DNA of 64,000 nt from Squalus acanthias (GCA_030390025.1 CM059432.1:136092001-136156000); one strand, 5' to 3'. Shown: positions 23,630-36,950, counted from the stretch's first letter. Made by a program: numbers and translations. The notes: generated from the letters alone by a model not told the origin.

Positions 23630-26047
23630 ATATGTGGAGCTAATTTACAGAACAAACAGGAAACTGTTCAACCTCCGTCACCTCCAGTCCAGATTCAAGG
23701 TCATCCCATCCTCTGTCATCGAATTACAGTATGCAGACGACGCTTGCGTCTGCGCTCACTCGGAGGTCGAACTCCAAACCATCGTCAACACCTTCACCGA
23801 AGCGTACGAGAGCATGGGCCTTACACTAAACATCCGTAAGACAAAGGTCCTCTACCAACCTGCCCCCACCACACAGTACTGCCCCCTGATTATCAAAATC
23901 CACGACAAGGCCTTGGACAACGTGGACCACTTTCCATACCTCGGGAGCCTACTGTCAACAAGGGCATGTGAAGGAATAAGCCATATTCAGAAAAATACAC
24001 CATTCTATGAAATAATTCTGGCCTTATTAAAACATGACAAACTGGGCTTGAAAATCTAAAAACCTAACAATGGAATAGTTGTATTGTTAACAGCAGTCAG
24101 GCTATTGGGATAAGATAAGTTGTTGACGCTGAATCATTAACCTTATTGAAACAGGAGGTTGGAGGCTCCTGAAGTCTGAAGCTTTGAAAATAAGACAATG
24201 GTACACCCTGTTAAGGTGTTCTAAATTACACTTTGGAAAGAAACACAGAACATTAAGAAACATATGCCTTCGTGGGAATGGCATCAAGTGCGGGAAGCAC
24301 CAGCCGTCACATTGTTTTTGTGTTGAACTTGGAACACCTAGAGAGACATAATTCTGTGTTACAACCAGCTGAGGTGACTAAGAATTGTATAGATCACCCT
24401 GGTTGAGGTGTTTTAATTTACACTTCGTAAAAAGACACAAATAGAAGACCTTGGTAAAAATGACATCAAATAGATGCACCTGCTGTTACACAGTTTTTGT
24501 GTTAAGCTTGAGACACCTACACAGGAGACATAATTCTGCATTGCTACCAGCTGAAGTGACTGTAAGAATAGCAGGGGTCAGCCGAAAAATGACTAGAGAT
24601 AATTAGCTTACATCAGCAGAAAACTTCAAAGGAAATACCACTGAAAAAGGATATAAATATTGAACTTTCAAATAGGATGATAGTCTCGCTGTAAAGTGGC
24701 AAAGCGATTCTCAGGCTTCAGAGGTGGCTCTGTAAGTCTACAACTCGTTGTACCTCGGGGATCAAGGTATTGTACTGTATTCGATTTTGGTGGATATCCT
24801 GGAATAAAGACTGAGAACTGTAAAAATTGTAGCAAAGTTAAGATCTGATAATAAGAATTGTAAGCTTTCTCTTTTTGGAACTGTTAATGTTGCGATTGAA
24901 ACACCTACTGTAATTACATGTCGGTTCTTTAATAAATCTATATATTTTTAGAATTGCCTCACATAATACTTCTGTATCAAACTCGTGAACTCAATCTCTG
25001 TACGCTCTTTGGTGAGGAGTTGAAGAATTCTGGGGGAGTTTTCCAGACCCTCATAATATCCGGAATGTTATAGTCTAGCTAAACTTTTTAAAAGTGCTAT
25101 CTGGAGGACGGTAACATCTTCAGGTTGTTCATTTCCATTTGGGAGAGATGGTCCAGACCTTTAGACCCAGTTAAGCATCTTTAGGATTCGGCTACCCCAA
25201 ACTTTAGTTGAAAGTGAACGTCTGGGGAATACGCCTGATCTGGGGTAGGTCTAAAGGGGCTAGGACTAGTAATAATCCCTTCAGGCAAACGTCGATGACG
25301 AAGTCCAACACCGCCTTCAGTGTGCCAATGCAGCCTTCGGTCGCCTGAAGAAGAGAGTGTATGAAGACCAGGACCTCAAACCCGGCACTAAGCTCATGGT
25401 GTACAGAGCAGCAGTGATACCCGCCCTGCTGTATGCCTCAGAGACATGGACCATGTACAGCAAGCACCTCAAAGCACTGGAGAGGTACCACCAATGCTGC
25501 CTCCGCAAGATCCTGCAAATCCATTGGCAGGATAGGTGCACCAACGTCAGTGTTGTCGCTCAGGCCAACATCCCCAGCATCGAAGCTTTGACCACGCTCG
25601 ATCAGCTCCGATGGATGGGTCACATTGTCCGCATGCCCGATACGAGACTCCCAAAACAAGCGGTCTACTCGGAGGTCCGGCATGGCAAGAGAGCCCCAGG
25701 CGGGCAGAGGAAACGCTTCAAGGACACCCTCAAAGCCTCCTTGAAAAAGTGCAACATCCCCACCGACACCTGGAATCCCTGGCCCAAGACCGCACAAAGT
25801 AGAGGAGAAGCATCTGGGAAGGCGCCGAATACCTCGAGTCTCTTCGCCAGGAGCAAGCGGAAGCCAAGCGCAGGCAGCGCAAGGAGCGCACGTCAACCCA
25901 AGCACCCCACCCACCCGCCCCTTCAACCACCGTCTGCCCCACCTGTGACAGAGACTGTAGGTCCCGCATTGGACTCATCAGTCACCTGAGAACTCATTTT
26001 TAATGTGGAAACAAGTCATCCTCAGTTCTGAGGGACTGCCTAAGAAG
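23630..26047 (+). mobile_element. RTE-clade LINE, 5'-truncated, split by a solo LTR
   Basis: ELQYADD RT motif, ALLYASETWT and (AAG)n tail; 23-bp TSD AATTAAACTATATTAGCTTCCTA at 23607-23629 and 26048-26070. Confidence 0.93.
23967..25283 (+). mobile_element. Solo LTR (ERV or LTR retrotransposon)
   Basis: TG...CA ends with inverted TGAAGG/CCTTCA; 4-bp TSD GGCA (23963-23966, 25284-25287); TATAAATA ~24652; AATAAA ~24803 and 24931; ~55-bp direct repeats at 24333 and 24512. Confidence 0.82.
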
Positions 26048-26995
26048 AATTAAACTATATTAGCTTCCTAGATGTTTAAAGCACAATATTTTTTTTGGGG
26101 GGGGTGGGGGGGGGGGGGGGGTGGTGGGGGGGTGCAGAATCTGAGGACATGGGCTCTCCAGAAAATATTGTTTCTGACACTTTATTTGATGCATTTTCCA
26201 GTATTTTGGAATCTACAATGAACATGGGCACTGTGCAACTCTTAATTCATTCCTAGGAGTGATCTCGGGGCATGTTGCCCTGGAAGAATTAAAAATGGCG
26301 TATTCCCATTAATTTTAAACATTTTTATATAATCCACAATTGATAAGATATTTAACCCCCCCCCACCTAAAATTGAAAAGCAAAATGAATTCTTGATTTC
26401 CAACAGACCAATTGAATACAGCTTGCACAAAACAGTCACTCTTACACCCCCCCACCCCATCCCCGCCCCGCCCTCCTCTTCCCGGCTCCCAGAGGCAGGC
26501 TAGCCCTTCTAGATCCAATTCACAGAGACACTTTCTCGCCATCCAAGACCCTCTCCAGTGCACCAACTCTTGCTCCAAGACCTTGCCCAAGTTATTCATG
26601 TGTGATGTTAATACAGCCGCTGAGGGTCAGCATGCGTTCAACCATGCCAGAGATGCAACATTAATAACGAATTGTTAAAATTCAGCCACTAAACTATTTT
26701 CCAAGGTTTACCAATTTATAATGTACAGCTACCGTAATCCTGATAAGATCACCCACCTCTTAAATCAGCTTTGTTGTTGGCATACTGAACTTATTTCAGG
26801 TTGACTGTGCTGTATTCAGTCTTGAGACTGCTGCCTGTGTTACTCTTACTGTATATAGCAAACCATTACATAATGCACACTGGACGAGGTAGGAAGACAA
26901 TCAATGAAACAGGATTCGCAGCCTGCCAGATTACCTTGGATAAGAGCAAATCTTGCTTTACATCAATCTTTGCCCATGTACATAAACACTTGTTC

Positions 26996-27590
26996 TCTTC
27001 TTAGGCAGTCTCTCGGAGCTGAGGATGACTTGCTTCCACATTAAAAATGAGTTCGCAGGTGACTGATGAGTCCAATGCGGGACCTACAGTCTCTGTCACA
27101 GGTGGGGCAGACGGTGGTTGAAGGTGGGTGGGGTGCTTGGGTTGATGTGCGCTCCTTGTGCTGCCTGAACTTGGCTTCCGCTTGCTCCCGGCGAAGAGAC
27201 TCGAGGTATTCGGCGCCTTCCCGGATGCTTCTCCTCCACCTTGTGTGGTCTTGGGCCAGGGATCTCCAGGTGTCGGTGGGGATGTTACACTTTTTCCAGG
27301 AGGCTTTGAGGGTGTCGTTGAAGTGTTTCCTCTGCCCACCTGGGGCTCTCTTGCCGTGCCGGAGCTCCGAGTAGAGCGCTTGTTTTGGGAGTCTCGTATC
27401 GGGCATGCGGACAATGTGACCCATCCATCGGAGCTGATCGAGCGTGGTCGAAGCTTCACTGCTGTGGATGTTGGCCTGAGCGAGAACACTGACATAGGTG
27501 CGCCTATCCTGCCAATGGATTTGCAGGATCTTGCGGAGGCAGCGTTGGTGGTACCGCTCCAGTGCTTTGAGGTGCCTGCTGTACATGGTA
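26996..27590 (-). mobile_element. RTE-clade LINE 3' end
   Basis: ORF 27041-27586 (LRWMGHIVRMPDTRLPKQ...CPTCDRDCRSRIGLISHLRTH), same family as 53295-56014; approximate TSD GTACA(T/A)AAACACT. Confidence 0.92.
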
Positions 27591-27714
27591 CAAAAACACT
27601 ACTAGTGAAGGTAAACCACTGGTTAAAATTAAGATAGTCTCTGACTTAAATTTGTTGAAACAGCCTTTTATTACAACTGGATGTGTCTTGCAGGTGTTAA
27701 AAACAATCTACTGT

Positions 27715-27890
27715 ATCAACAGCACTAAAACAGATTGTCTGATCATTATCACATTGCTGTTTGTGGGAACTTGCTGTGTGTAAATTGGCTGCCATGGTTC
27801 CTACACTTCAAAAAGTACTTCTTTGGTTGTAATGCGCATTGGGACATCCGGTGGTCATGAAAGCGCCGTATAAAGCAAGTCTTTCTTTAT
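27715..27890 (+). mobile_element. SacSINE1-like SINE 3' fragment
   Basis: ACAGATTGTCTGATCATTATCACATTGCTGTTTGTGGG...GCAAGTCTTTCTTT. Confidence 0.8.
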
Positions 27891-29612
27891 ATAGCAATAA
27901 CAAAACTAAAAGCCACATCAAGTGAACAAAACATCAGGTATTACATGAACTTTATTTTATTTTTTGCAGTCAATAACAAGATTTGATTACTTTTTGTCCC
28001 TTAGTATAAGTTAGTTTCCTGATTTGCATGGTGTCATCATATCCCTGCCCATTTGTAGGCAGATGTATTCTGTGCCTGGCCCCAAACCCTGTGGAGTTTC
28101 TGATGGGGGGGTGAGCAGGGTTTTGGCATAACTGGGCCTTGACTTTAAATTCCTCCCCATCCACCCAGATTGTTCAATCCATTCGCCCCTAGAGGGGAGG
28201 AATTTTTAGCGCTAATAACTTCTCCTGGCTAGCCCTCTGATAATGTCATCAGCACTATATATCAATTCTCACTGAAGATCAGTACTTCCTCTGGAAAATT
28301 GATCTTAAGAAATCTTTCTCTGTATCATGAAATGTGGGCATGTGTGTGTTTGTGGAGGAACGCAATCAAATTATCGACCCTGTTGTATGCACATAAAGGA
28401 CATTACACAATCGCGGCATGACCACGAAAACCACTGTACAAACAAAATGTATTCCGATTGAACTGTTGGTGTCTTTTAATTTTTTTAAACTAAAACAGAG
28501 GAAAACAGCGATATCGAGTTGTTTCACTTTCTAAAACTGTTTGAACAGAAAAACAAGAGGATAGAAACATAGTACAATTTTCAAGCTCCATGACATTTAT
28601 TACATAAAAAAAGATCAAACCACTTAATTGCCATGCACTTTAAAATGATTCAGTAACTTGCTGGTTAAACCTTTATGACCCAAAGGTACAACCCATTGAA
28701 ATAGCTCTCGTTGTGCTTGAAATTGAATTCAATCCACTACAGAGCCACCATCATTCACCGTGTGGGACAATCTCTTGAAACTGCTGATCACGTTTGACCA
28801 CTATTGGCTGTGGGGCATTTTGTTTTAGTTCTCCTTCCCCCATCATCCCCCAGTTCATTTTAACCCTTTGAGCACCTGTGTGGTCCATGCATGCTTTCTA
28901 CCGTAAAGCAGAATCCGAATATTCCTTTGAAAAAGCTCAAAAAATGTCGATCCTTTCTTTCCGCTTGTTGTTTAATATTTGAGGGGAACAGTGTAGCACC
29001 TGGATAGTTAAAGAACCAGTATGGCCATTAGAAAACCCTTTCAAATCTCAAACAGTTAACATAAAAGGGAAAGACAATCTATTTTCTGCATAAAACATTC
29101 TGTCCATTCAAGACAGATAGAATTACATTAAAGTTAATACTAATTCTCTGTAACTTTCTTTTCAGAGGGGGTAGTGATGGTGGCACTCTAAGTGTCTTAT
29201 GTCTAAGATCAGAAAAGCTATATTTCTACAATGTTAAAATATTGGGCTTCCTGAATTTCACTGGGGAAGCAAAAAGCTGGAAATTCAAGCGTGCCATTCG
29301 CACACAGCACTCTCATGTCAGTTAACACAGTTATCTTACGGTAAATATTGTCATTTGTCCAGATAATGACTAAAATCCCACTTAAAATAAATCTACTTGT
29401 GGTGTCCTCTTGGTGTTTGGAGTGAGTATGGTGCAGTGCCAACACAAATACAGCAGTCTTTTTCAGGAAATGGCATCTGCTTTCTGAGGGCAATAGGTTA
29501 CAACTGTGATGGGACAGGGTAATTTGCCAGAAGTGAACATTATTACCAATTGCACTGTCCAAAACTGGATATGACAACAGCTTTAATTCATTTCCAATGG
29601 GAAGAATTAGCT

Positions 29613-29673
29613 CCGAAAGCTTGTGATTTCAAATAAAACTGTTGGACTATAACCTGGTGTTGTGCGACCTCTC
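29613..29673 (+). mobile_element. 61-nt Penelope family A insertion (3' half of hammerhead plus tail)
   Basis: 11-bp TSD AAGAATTAGCT at 29602-29612 and 29674-29684; sequence CCGAAAGCTTGTGATTTCAAATAAAACTGTTGGACTATAACCTGGTGTTGTGCGAC. Confidence 0.85.
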
Positions 29674-30269
29674 AAGAATTAGCTACATTGTGTTACCCCA
29701 CCATAGCTGTAACACTGCCAGTAATTTATTTTTCCCCATCCCCTCCTCTTAGAGTTTTCACCATTTTGACATTTAAAAGAGATCTTTAAGTAGCAATGAC
29801 TTCATGAAAACCATGTTCTTATCTTTTGTTTTGTTCAATGATGAGCACACAGCTTTGACCCCTTCTTTATGTTGTGTTAATCAGTCTCATTTGGAATAGC
29901 AATTTGCCTCAGTGCCCTTGGACTGCGGGGGTGGGGGGGTGGGTGGGGGGGGGGCTTCCCTCTTGACCGCTATTCTGTAAAGCGTGTGGGCATTGGGGGA
30001 AAATAAGACAGGGCTCCTCATGGTCGAAAGGTCTGCTGACACTCGCTACCAAAGCTTGCCTATGATAAGAAGGGTGAGGTAGTGGGGCTGGTGTCCACAG
30101 AAACTTACCCAGAATGAGACAAAGACCAGGAATGGAGGAGAGAATATTTAAAAAAAAAACAAACAGGCACGCACAGCATAGTGAAATACATCATCACATC
30201 ATTTGCGTGACGCAACATGGTGATGTTAATGCCACATCGCTCTGTTGCCACTTCTGCCCTGCAAACCAG

Positions 30270-30876
30270 AATGGTACCAGGGGTGTGAGACTTCAGTTAC
30301 ATGGAGAGACTGGAGAAGCTGGGATTGTTCTCTTTAGAGCAGAGGTTAAGGGGAAGATTTAATAAAGGTGTTCAAAATTATGAGCTGTTTTGATAGAGTA
30401 AATAAGAACATAAAAAGTAGGAACAGGAGTAGGCCATACAGCCCCTCGAGCCTGCTCCGCCATTCAATATGATCATGGCTGATCTTCCACCTCAACTCCA
30501 CTTTCCCGCCCTATCCTCACATCCCTTGATTCCCTTAGTGTCCAAAAATAAGGAGAAACTGTTTCCACTGGCAAGAGGGTCAGTAACCAGGGGACACAGA
30601 TTTAAGATAATTGGCAAAAGAACCAGAGGATGAGATGAGGAGATTTTTTTTTATTATACAACGCATTGTTTTGATCTGGAATGCACTGCCTGAAAGGGTG
30701 GCGGAAGCAGATTCAATAATAACTTTCAAAAGGGACTGGATAAATACTTAAAAAGGAAAAACTTGCAGGGCTCTGGGTAAAGAGCAGGGGGAGTGGGACT
30801 AATTGGATCGCTCTTTCAAAGAGCCGGCACAGGCACGATGGGCCGAATGGCCTCCTTCTGTGCTGTATGATTCTAC
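30270..30876 (+). mobile_element. CR1 3' end with a nested antisense CR1 tail (~30405-30548)
   Basis: CR1 coding-end sequence resumes after an inverted tail; flanked by AAATAAG on both sides of the nested piece. Confidence 0.8.
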
Positions 30877-31885
30877 GAGTAAAAGGTTTCCCAAAAACTT
30901 CTCCGCAAAGCCCTTTTTAAGTTTGTTAAATGGAACAAAGAGCAAAAAAAAACTCAAACAATTGAAAAAAGAAAAGTAGAGAACAAATTCATAGAAAGGG
31001 CACACACAGAAAAGACAGTTTATAGGTTTTATTGTAGCTGTCCCTTTAAAACATATAACAGCACGCCTAGGTAAAGGAACAGCGGTCCCTCTGCAAAGGT
31101 GCATTGTCATTTCTCATGTCAAGTCTGTGCGTCCATGTCCCATGACAGGTTGTGGAGAAAACCAGCCTTTTGCTCCTGGACTCTTGTACTGGATGACATT
31201 GGCCGACTTTATGCCTGAGTGTGCCCTCTACAAGCTGCAGAGATGTAACCAGGCTCTCAGTTGTTTATAATGTCATGACTCAGTAACGGCACACATGAGC
31301 TGCCAGTATATAAACCAGTGTTTCATGTTTTGTGTATCGTAAATCTAACTTAACATTTTTGAGAATTCAGGGAACTAAGCAAAAGGATCATTTTGCCTGT
31401 CTGTGCCAGTTAAGATTATCTGAGCAGTAACGGTACGATAATTACTGTCCAAGAGACAATTTACAACTTTGCACGTTTAACAATATAAGGTTGTTTTCTG
31501 CTGATTTTCTCCAGTTGTCACCCTCCATCCCCCGCCTCCCCCATCTTTCCGGAAGGCATTAACTCCAGCTGGGATTTGATCCCTGGGTGCTGGGTACCTT
31601 CAGGAACCTTACCCAAGTCAAGTGGCCTTTCTTTGTTCATGAGTTTAAACATTAGCAGGCTATGCTGCGTGGAGCTACCACAATAAGACTGACACTTATT
31701 CTCAGCAGTTGTCCTTCGGATAGTTTTCCAGCACGGATCATTGGATAGAAGGTCAGGACTGGGACCTCTGCTTGATTTTCCCCTCTCTAGCTAAAGTATG
31801 CTGAGGACAATGGTGGCAACCAAACTGCCGCCCCATTCCAGATTGGGTAACTCAGCAGAGAACAGCATTTGAACCTAGAACCTTT

Positions 31886-32572
31886 GGGGGTGTAATTCGG
31901 TTACGCCCCGTTTGGGGGGCGGTTACCGAATTATTGTCGGAGATTTAGCGCCCGGCACAGAAATACCGCCCCAGCCGCTAAATTCGGCTTACTGCCCCGG
32001 CGAGGAAATGGAGTGCTATCTCGGGCGCTCCACTTCCTCTCTGGGTGGTGTCAGGGGCGCAAAGCAGGTAGCGCCGGAGCGCTACGCGGCCGCTCTGCAT
32101 AACGCTGACGCGTTTCAGTGCCCCTCCCCTTCCGCTAAAGGGCCGATGGCCCACACTAGCCCACCAGGGCGGCGTGGTGCCGGGCTGTGCAATGGCGGCC
32201 ATGGAAATGGTGGCGCGTGTCGTGGCAGCACCTCCCTTTAATTAGCGCCCCGCGAGTGGAGGTCGGCCCAGTTCGTGATCCGCGAGGCTGGCACTGACAC
32301 CGCCCATGGCAGCCTTGCGGGGCGCAGCCGAATTTCTGCCGCGGGGCGGTAAGGGATCACAGTGGGGTGCACGGTGATGACGTCATTGCCGGTGGCGCAG
32401 CGGTCCGGGGTGCTACTGGCGGGGGCGCGGCACTATCGGCTAGCGCCTCAGTAGCACCCCGTCAAATTTCTCAGGAGGTGCTATTCCCAGCCTGGGCAAT
32501 AAGTCCTTTGCGCCCTGTTAGCGCCCCTTGGAGGCGCTAACGGCAGGTGCAAAGGAGCCAAATTTTGCGGCC
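31886..32572. mobile_element. GC-rich Harbinger-type MITE
   Basis: Ends GGGGGTGTAATT / AATTTTGCGGCC, TTT on both flanks; shares CGGTGATGACGTCATTGCC...GCGCAGC with 58070-58769. Confidence 0.7.
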
Positions 32573-33419
32573 TTTGTCTTTAATGCTAAGTGGAACTATC
32601 CAATGGAACTTTAGATGGAATCATGCAATTTAAACAGCTTAACAACAGTGAGGTGAGTAGAGGTTTGGACCCAGCTGTGATAGACCTTCCCATAGAGTCT
32701 GCTAGCACTCACTGTCTCGGCTCACTTATGAAGAAGTCTTTTAGCTGAGGCACTGGAGATCTCCCTATGCTCATGAATTACTGGGTGAGAAACTCAACTC
32801 ACAGCCGTCCGTTTTTCTTGAATAAAACCATATCTGACCTCGAAATTTCACGTCGTGATCTGGTGTGCTTGAACTGTGCTGTAAGTGCTCCTGAAACCAT
32901 ATTGGTTCAAGTGCCTTTGAGTCATCCAGCATGCTCTGCCTAATTGTACCAGATGTTGAGCGGCTTAACCAGTGAACCAAGTCAAAACTCATAACTTTCA
33001 TCCATATCCCAAACCACGGCTGATTCTTCATTAGAAAGTCAGTGCCAACATGTCTTAAGAGGAAGAATAAGTGAAGAGAACAATGGAGTGGAACTACTGG
33101 CAACAAGGAATGGTTGCCAATATATGAGGGATATAATATACAGTCAGTAGAAATGGAACTCCCAGAGGACATTGTTCACTTGTATGATTTTCTGTGTGGT
33201 CACCTCTTGAAAGAAAGTGGTCACCTTTTGGTGCACCTGGAAATACATGAAAGAACGTGTTAGGGGTTTAAGGATCAGGTCAAATCTAACTGCAGTCCAC
33301 ACCTTGAGACAACAGAGACAGGGGGTACCCAAGGGAAACTCTCAACAATTCATTGACTACACTAGTCCAGTACCAGTCACACTCACGCATGGAATTTAAG
33401 GACAATGACATTTAGACCT

Positions 33420-33875
33420 CATAGGAACATAAGAGCATAGGAATATAAACACAGGAGGGGGCCATTTAGCTCCTCAAGCCTGTTCCGCCATTCAATGAGA
33501 TCATGGCTGATCTGCGACCTAACTCCATATACTCGCCTTTGCCTCATATCCCTCAATACCTTTGGTTAACAAAAATCTATCACTCTCAGATTTAAAATTA
33601 ACAATTGACCTAGCATCAATTGCCATTTGCAGAAGAGAGTTCCAAACTTCTACCAGCCTGTGTATGTAGAAGTGTTTCTTAATTTCACTCTCGAAAGGTC
33701 TGGCTCTAATTTTTAGACTATGGCCCCTAGTCCTAGACTCCCAAACCAGCGGAAATAGTTTCTCTCTATCTACCTTATCTGTTCCCCTTAATATCTTGAA
33801 AACTTTGATCAAATCACCCTTAACCTTCTAAATTCTAGGGAATACAACCCCAGTTTGTGTAATCTCTCCTCGTAC
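33420..33875 (-). mobile_element. CR1 LINE 3' end
   Basis: YEERLHKLGLYSLEFRRLR / IKVFKILRGTDKVDREKLFP...TRGHSL...VWNSL. Confidence 0.9.
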
Positions 33876-35123
33876 TTTACCTCCTCTGATTGCTTCTGGC
33901 TGTAATTATTAAGAGTATTCAAAAGTGGCAGTGCAGTTGCTGCACCACTCCTCTGGGCACCATCCTCGCACAACATTTTGAGTAGAACTTTTCTTGATGC
34001 GATATTATGAACTTTAGCTCTAATAATTTCAGGAATGGAGTCAGCGGGTTGAGAGCAGCGACCCCCATTCACGATGTTACCGCACAGAAGGTCATAATGC
34101 CACGAAAGGGAAAGTTATAATCAAAACATTTATTCCCAAACTAGTCTCAAGTGAATAGTTCTGAAGTATAAAATACAGTAACAAAAGTTTAGTGAGAGAC
34201 CTTTAATGGGAGACTTCACAGAAACAGCAGAATTAGCACATTTCCTACGCACACAGTCAAAACAGCAGGATTCAAGTAAACGACCTGCTAAGCATCCTGG
34301 GATATTTTAACAAGCACATCTACCCATAGTTCCTTCTGCTTATTTGTTGTTCACTTCAGGATCAGTACAATGGGAGGCACAACGTTGGCTCATGAGTGAC
34401 AGATATTTTGATATAATGACTCCAATTTATCATTAAGGAGGAAAAGTCAAATCCAAATGCATTCTGGCTCGTGCCCATTGTCATGAGTCACCTCTTACAT
34501 TTACTTATGATATAAGCTGTGGTGTGACACTATAAGTCGATTCATTCTCCTGGATCATGCTCTGTGGGGTAATGTTGTGCATGTTTCCACTGATTAAATT
34601 ATGATGGTAATCCAGTACTTACGGTAATTACTATTACTTTGCATCATCCACCTAATATAAAATACAATGTTAACTGCATAGCCCCAGTTGATTAAAATAC
34701 TAATTGAGGCAATTGGTAAATCTCATTTAAATAAGATAGATTATTATTGTCTTACTTCTTCTTATCCTAACTTGCTATTAAGTGTTTAATGCCTCCCACT
34801 GACTTACTTTGATAGTTGCATTTCCTTCAAGGACATGTAATGTAGGTTGTAAGGTCAGCTAGCTATATGGAGCTTTGCATGTTTAGCTTTAGGATGGCAG
34901 GGAAAAACTTTGTAGAATATTAAATCAGGAGATGAAATGTGTTGGGTAGAACCAATGATAGAATGGATTATATATGGTCTATGGAAGGAATTGGCTTGAT
35001 AGGCCAAATGGTCCTCTCATTCCATGCTTTCTTTTCGCGAATTTTCTCTTTTCCTGTCAGAGTTCACTCTTGCTATGGTACAGTTCAATAGCTGGTCACC
35101 CTTTGGGTGAGCCTAGTCAGTGA

Positions 35124-36950
35124 GGCCAGGAAATTGGGGGCTTTAGCACCGACCGTTAAGGCTGCTTTTGCTGAAAAAATGGCAGCGGCCTCGCTTCCGG
35201 CACAGAACGTGGCGGCCTCCATTTTGGGCAGGTCGGCAGCGCTGCCGTTGTCTGCGCTCGCCGCCCGCATTTAAATGATGCAGATCGTGACACACGATCT
35301 ATGATTTTCGACGTCACCGCTCTTGATACCGCCCTCTCCAAACCACGCACGGAAGAACATGCGTGCAGCAGTACAACAGAGACACTGCCAGCGCTTCTTA
35401 AAGTGACACACACATCTTACAGATAAGTTTAGATTTTTGCTTTTGGACTTTTTTTTTTACATTTTATTGGAGTAGTGGCTTGGTGCAATATATTTAAAAA
35501 GTTATTAAAGTGTGCAGCAAGTACAGGGAGCACTGCCGGACGTTTGCAAGGCTTTGGCTGTTAAAGGAAGGTCTCATAGAATAACCACTTGCTCCCAGTC
35601 CCTCTTGGGCTGCAACATCACATGGAGATGGAGCAGAAGCAGCAAAGGGGAAAAGCTGCTCGCAGAGGGAGGAGGAAGCAGAAGAGGAAGAAACAGAAGA
35701 GGAAGAAACAGAAGAGGAAGAAACAGAAGAGGAAGAAACAGAAGAGGAAGAAACAGAAGAGGAAGAAACAGAAGGAAGGAGGCAACCCAGACAACCCCTT
35801 TCTGGCTGGGATATCCGGGATTGAATCATCCGCCTGCGGTACCAGTGACCACAACCCCAATTCCCCTTTCAACATTTGCCCCACACCTTACATTCCTTCT
35901 GTTAATGACCACCACAGTCTCTCTTGGCCACAAAGCAAACTTTCCAATCCAACTTTATCCATATATGCATCCAATATTACATTTAAAAAATCAGTTAATC
36001 ACCCTTGTCCATTCCCTTTGTGACTGTCTTGTGTGTGCCTTTGCCTAGCCTAGTGATGTCACGCAGTGCTACCCCAGTGGCTGCAGCATGGCTGGTGGAA
36101 GAGCTGCTGACTTTCAGTGGGGGCACTGCAGATGGCCTTGCAGGATGACCTCGAGGAGCTGGTGGCTGGGAGTGTCAAATTGAGGGACGGTGTTTCTTCT
36201 TCTTCGTCACTCTCCTCTCCCTCTTCTTGGTCAACCACTGACTGGGCAGGTTGGATTTCTTGGGTGTCTGAAATGAAAAAGGCACAAGGGTAGGGTTGTG
36301 GTGAGGGGAGGGGGTGGGGGTAAAGCAAAAGGTGCATGCTTACACCATGTGCAGCTTATAAATCAGAAGAGATTGTGGGATGAGGGGGAAGTGGGATGAG
36401 AGAATAAGGGTAACATATGAGGATACCGGTATCTTGTATTCTTTCAACCCCGCTACTGGCCAAGGGCTCAGCCATGCCGTGCCAAGAATGGTCAGCACCG
36501 TCTCCTCCAAGGGGGTGAGGTGAAGCTAGGAATGGGAGTTGTGCCTCGTGTTTGGTACAGATTGTTGGTAGGTGAGTGATGAGAGGTGGGGGTCATGCAT
36601 TGAGAAGTGTGTGAGGCTAGTGGTGCAGTTGGTAGCAGACGGTTTTTGAAGATGCATTCACTGACCTTGACCACTCTTCTGAGGTCATGAAACTTCTTTG
36701 GGCACTGGAGCCACGTCCTGGGGCAACACTGCTGGCAGTGACCGCCTCGGCAATCTGGTCCCACATCCTTCCTCCTGGACCCGGGGTGCCCTTTCCTTGG
36801 CCTATTGAGCCATTTGTGTTAGCGCTGAAGCACTTTTAGCATTTTTTTTAACGTGCAGAAGGCAGTTCAGCTTTAAGAGCTGGAGACTGCCTTGAAAAGG
36901 ATCAGGCTAGCTCACCTAGCCGGCCTCCCACCTTCCACCCTCTGAAAACT
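35124..36950. mobile_element. Internally deleted Harbinger transposon (nuclease tail +, Myb/SANT -)
   Basis: Left TIR GGCCAGGAAATT; acidic tail then RRQPRQPLSGWDIRD; minus-strand WDQIAEAVTASSVAPRTWLQCPKKFHDLRRVVK; inverted homolog of 51869-56881; right end not seen. Confidence 0.78.
35681..35770 (+). repeat. 15-bp minisatellite (GAAGAGGAAGAAACA)x6
   Basis: Six exact units; reads EEEET in the nuclease-tail frame. Confidence 0.95.

Noticed and set aside
26097..26133. Poly-G runs (also ~20680-20719 and ~29926-29954) as functional G-quadruplexes
   Set aside because: Common low-complexity tracts; no contextual evidence of function.
32771..33172. 133-aa minus-strand ORF with AG/GT-like borders as a host exon
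   Set aside because: No protein similarity I can recognise and a weak donor; cannot be supported without RNA-seq or homology.
35494..36048. Long low-complexity ORFs (poly-S, RRGRN, KQKRK repeats)
   Set aside because: Alternative frames of the 15-bp minisatellite in a Harbinger remnant.
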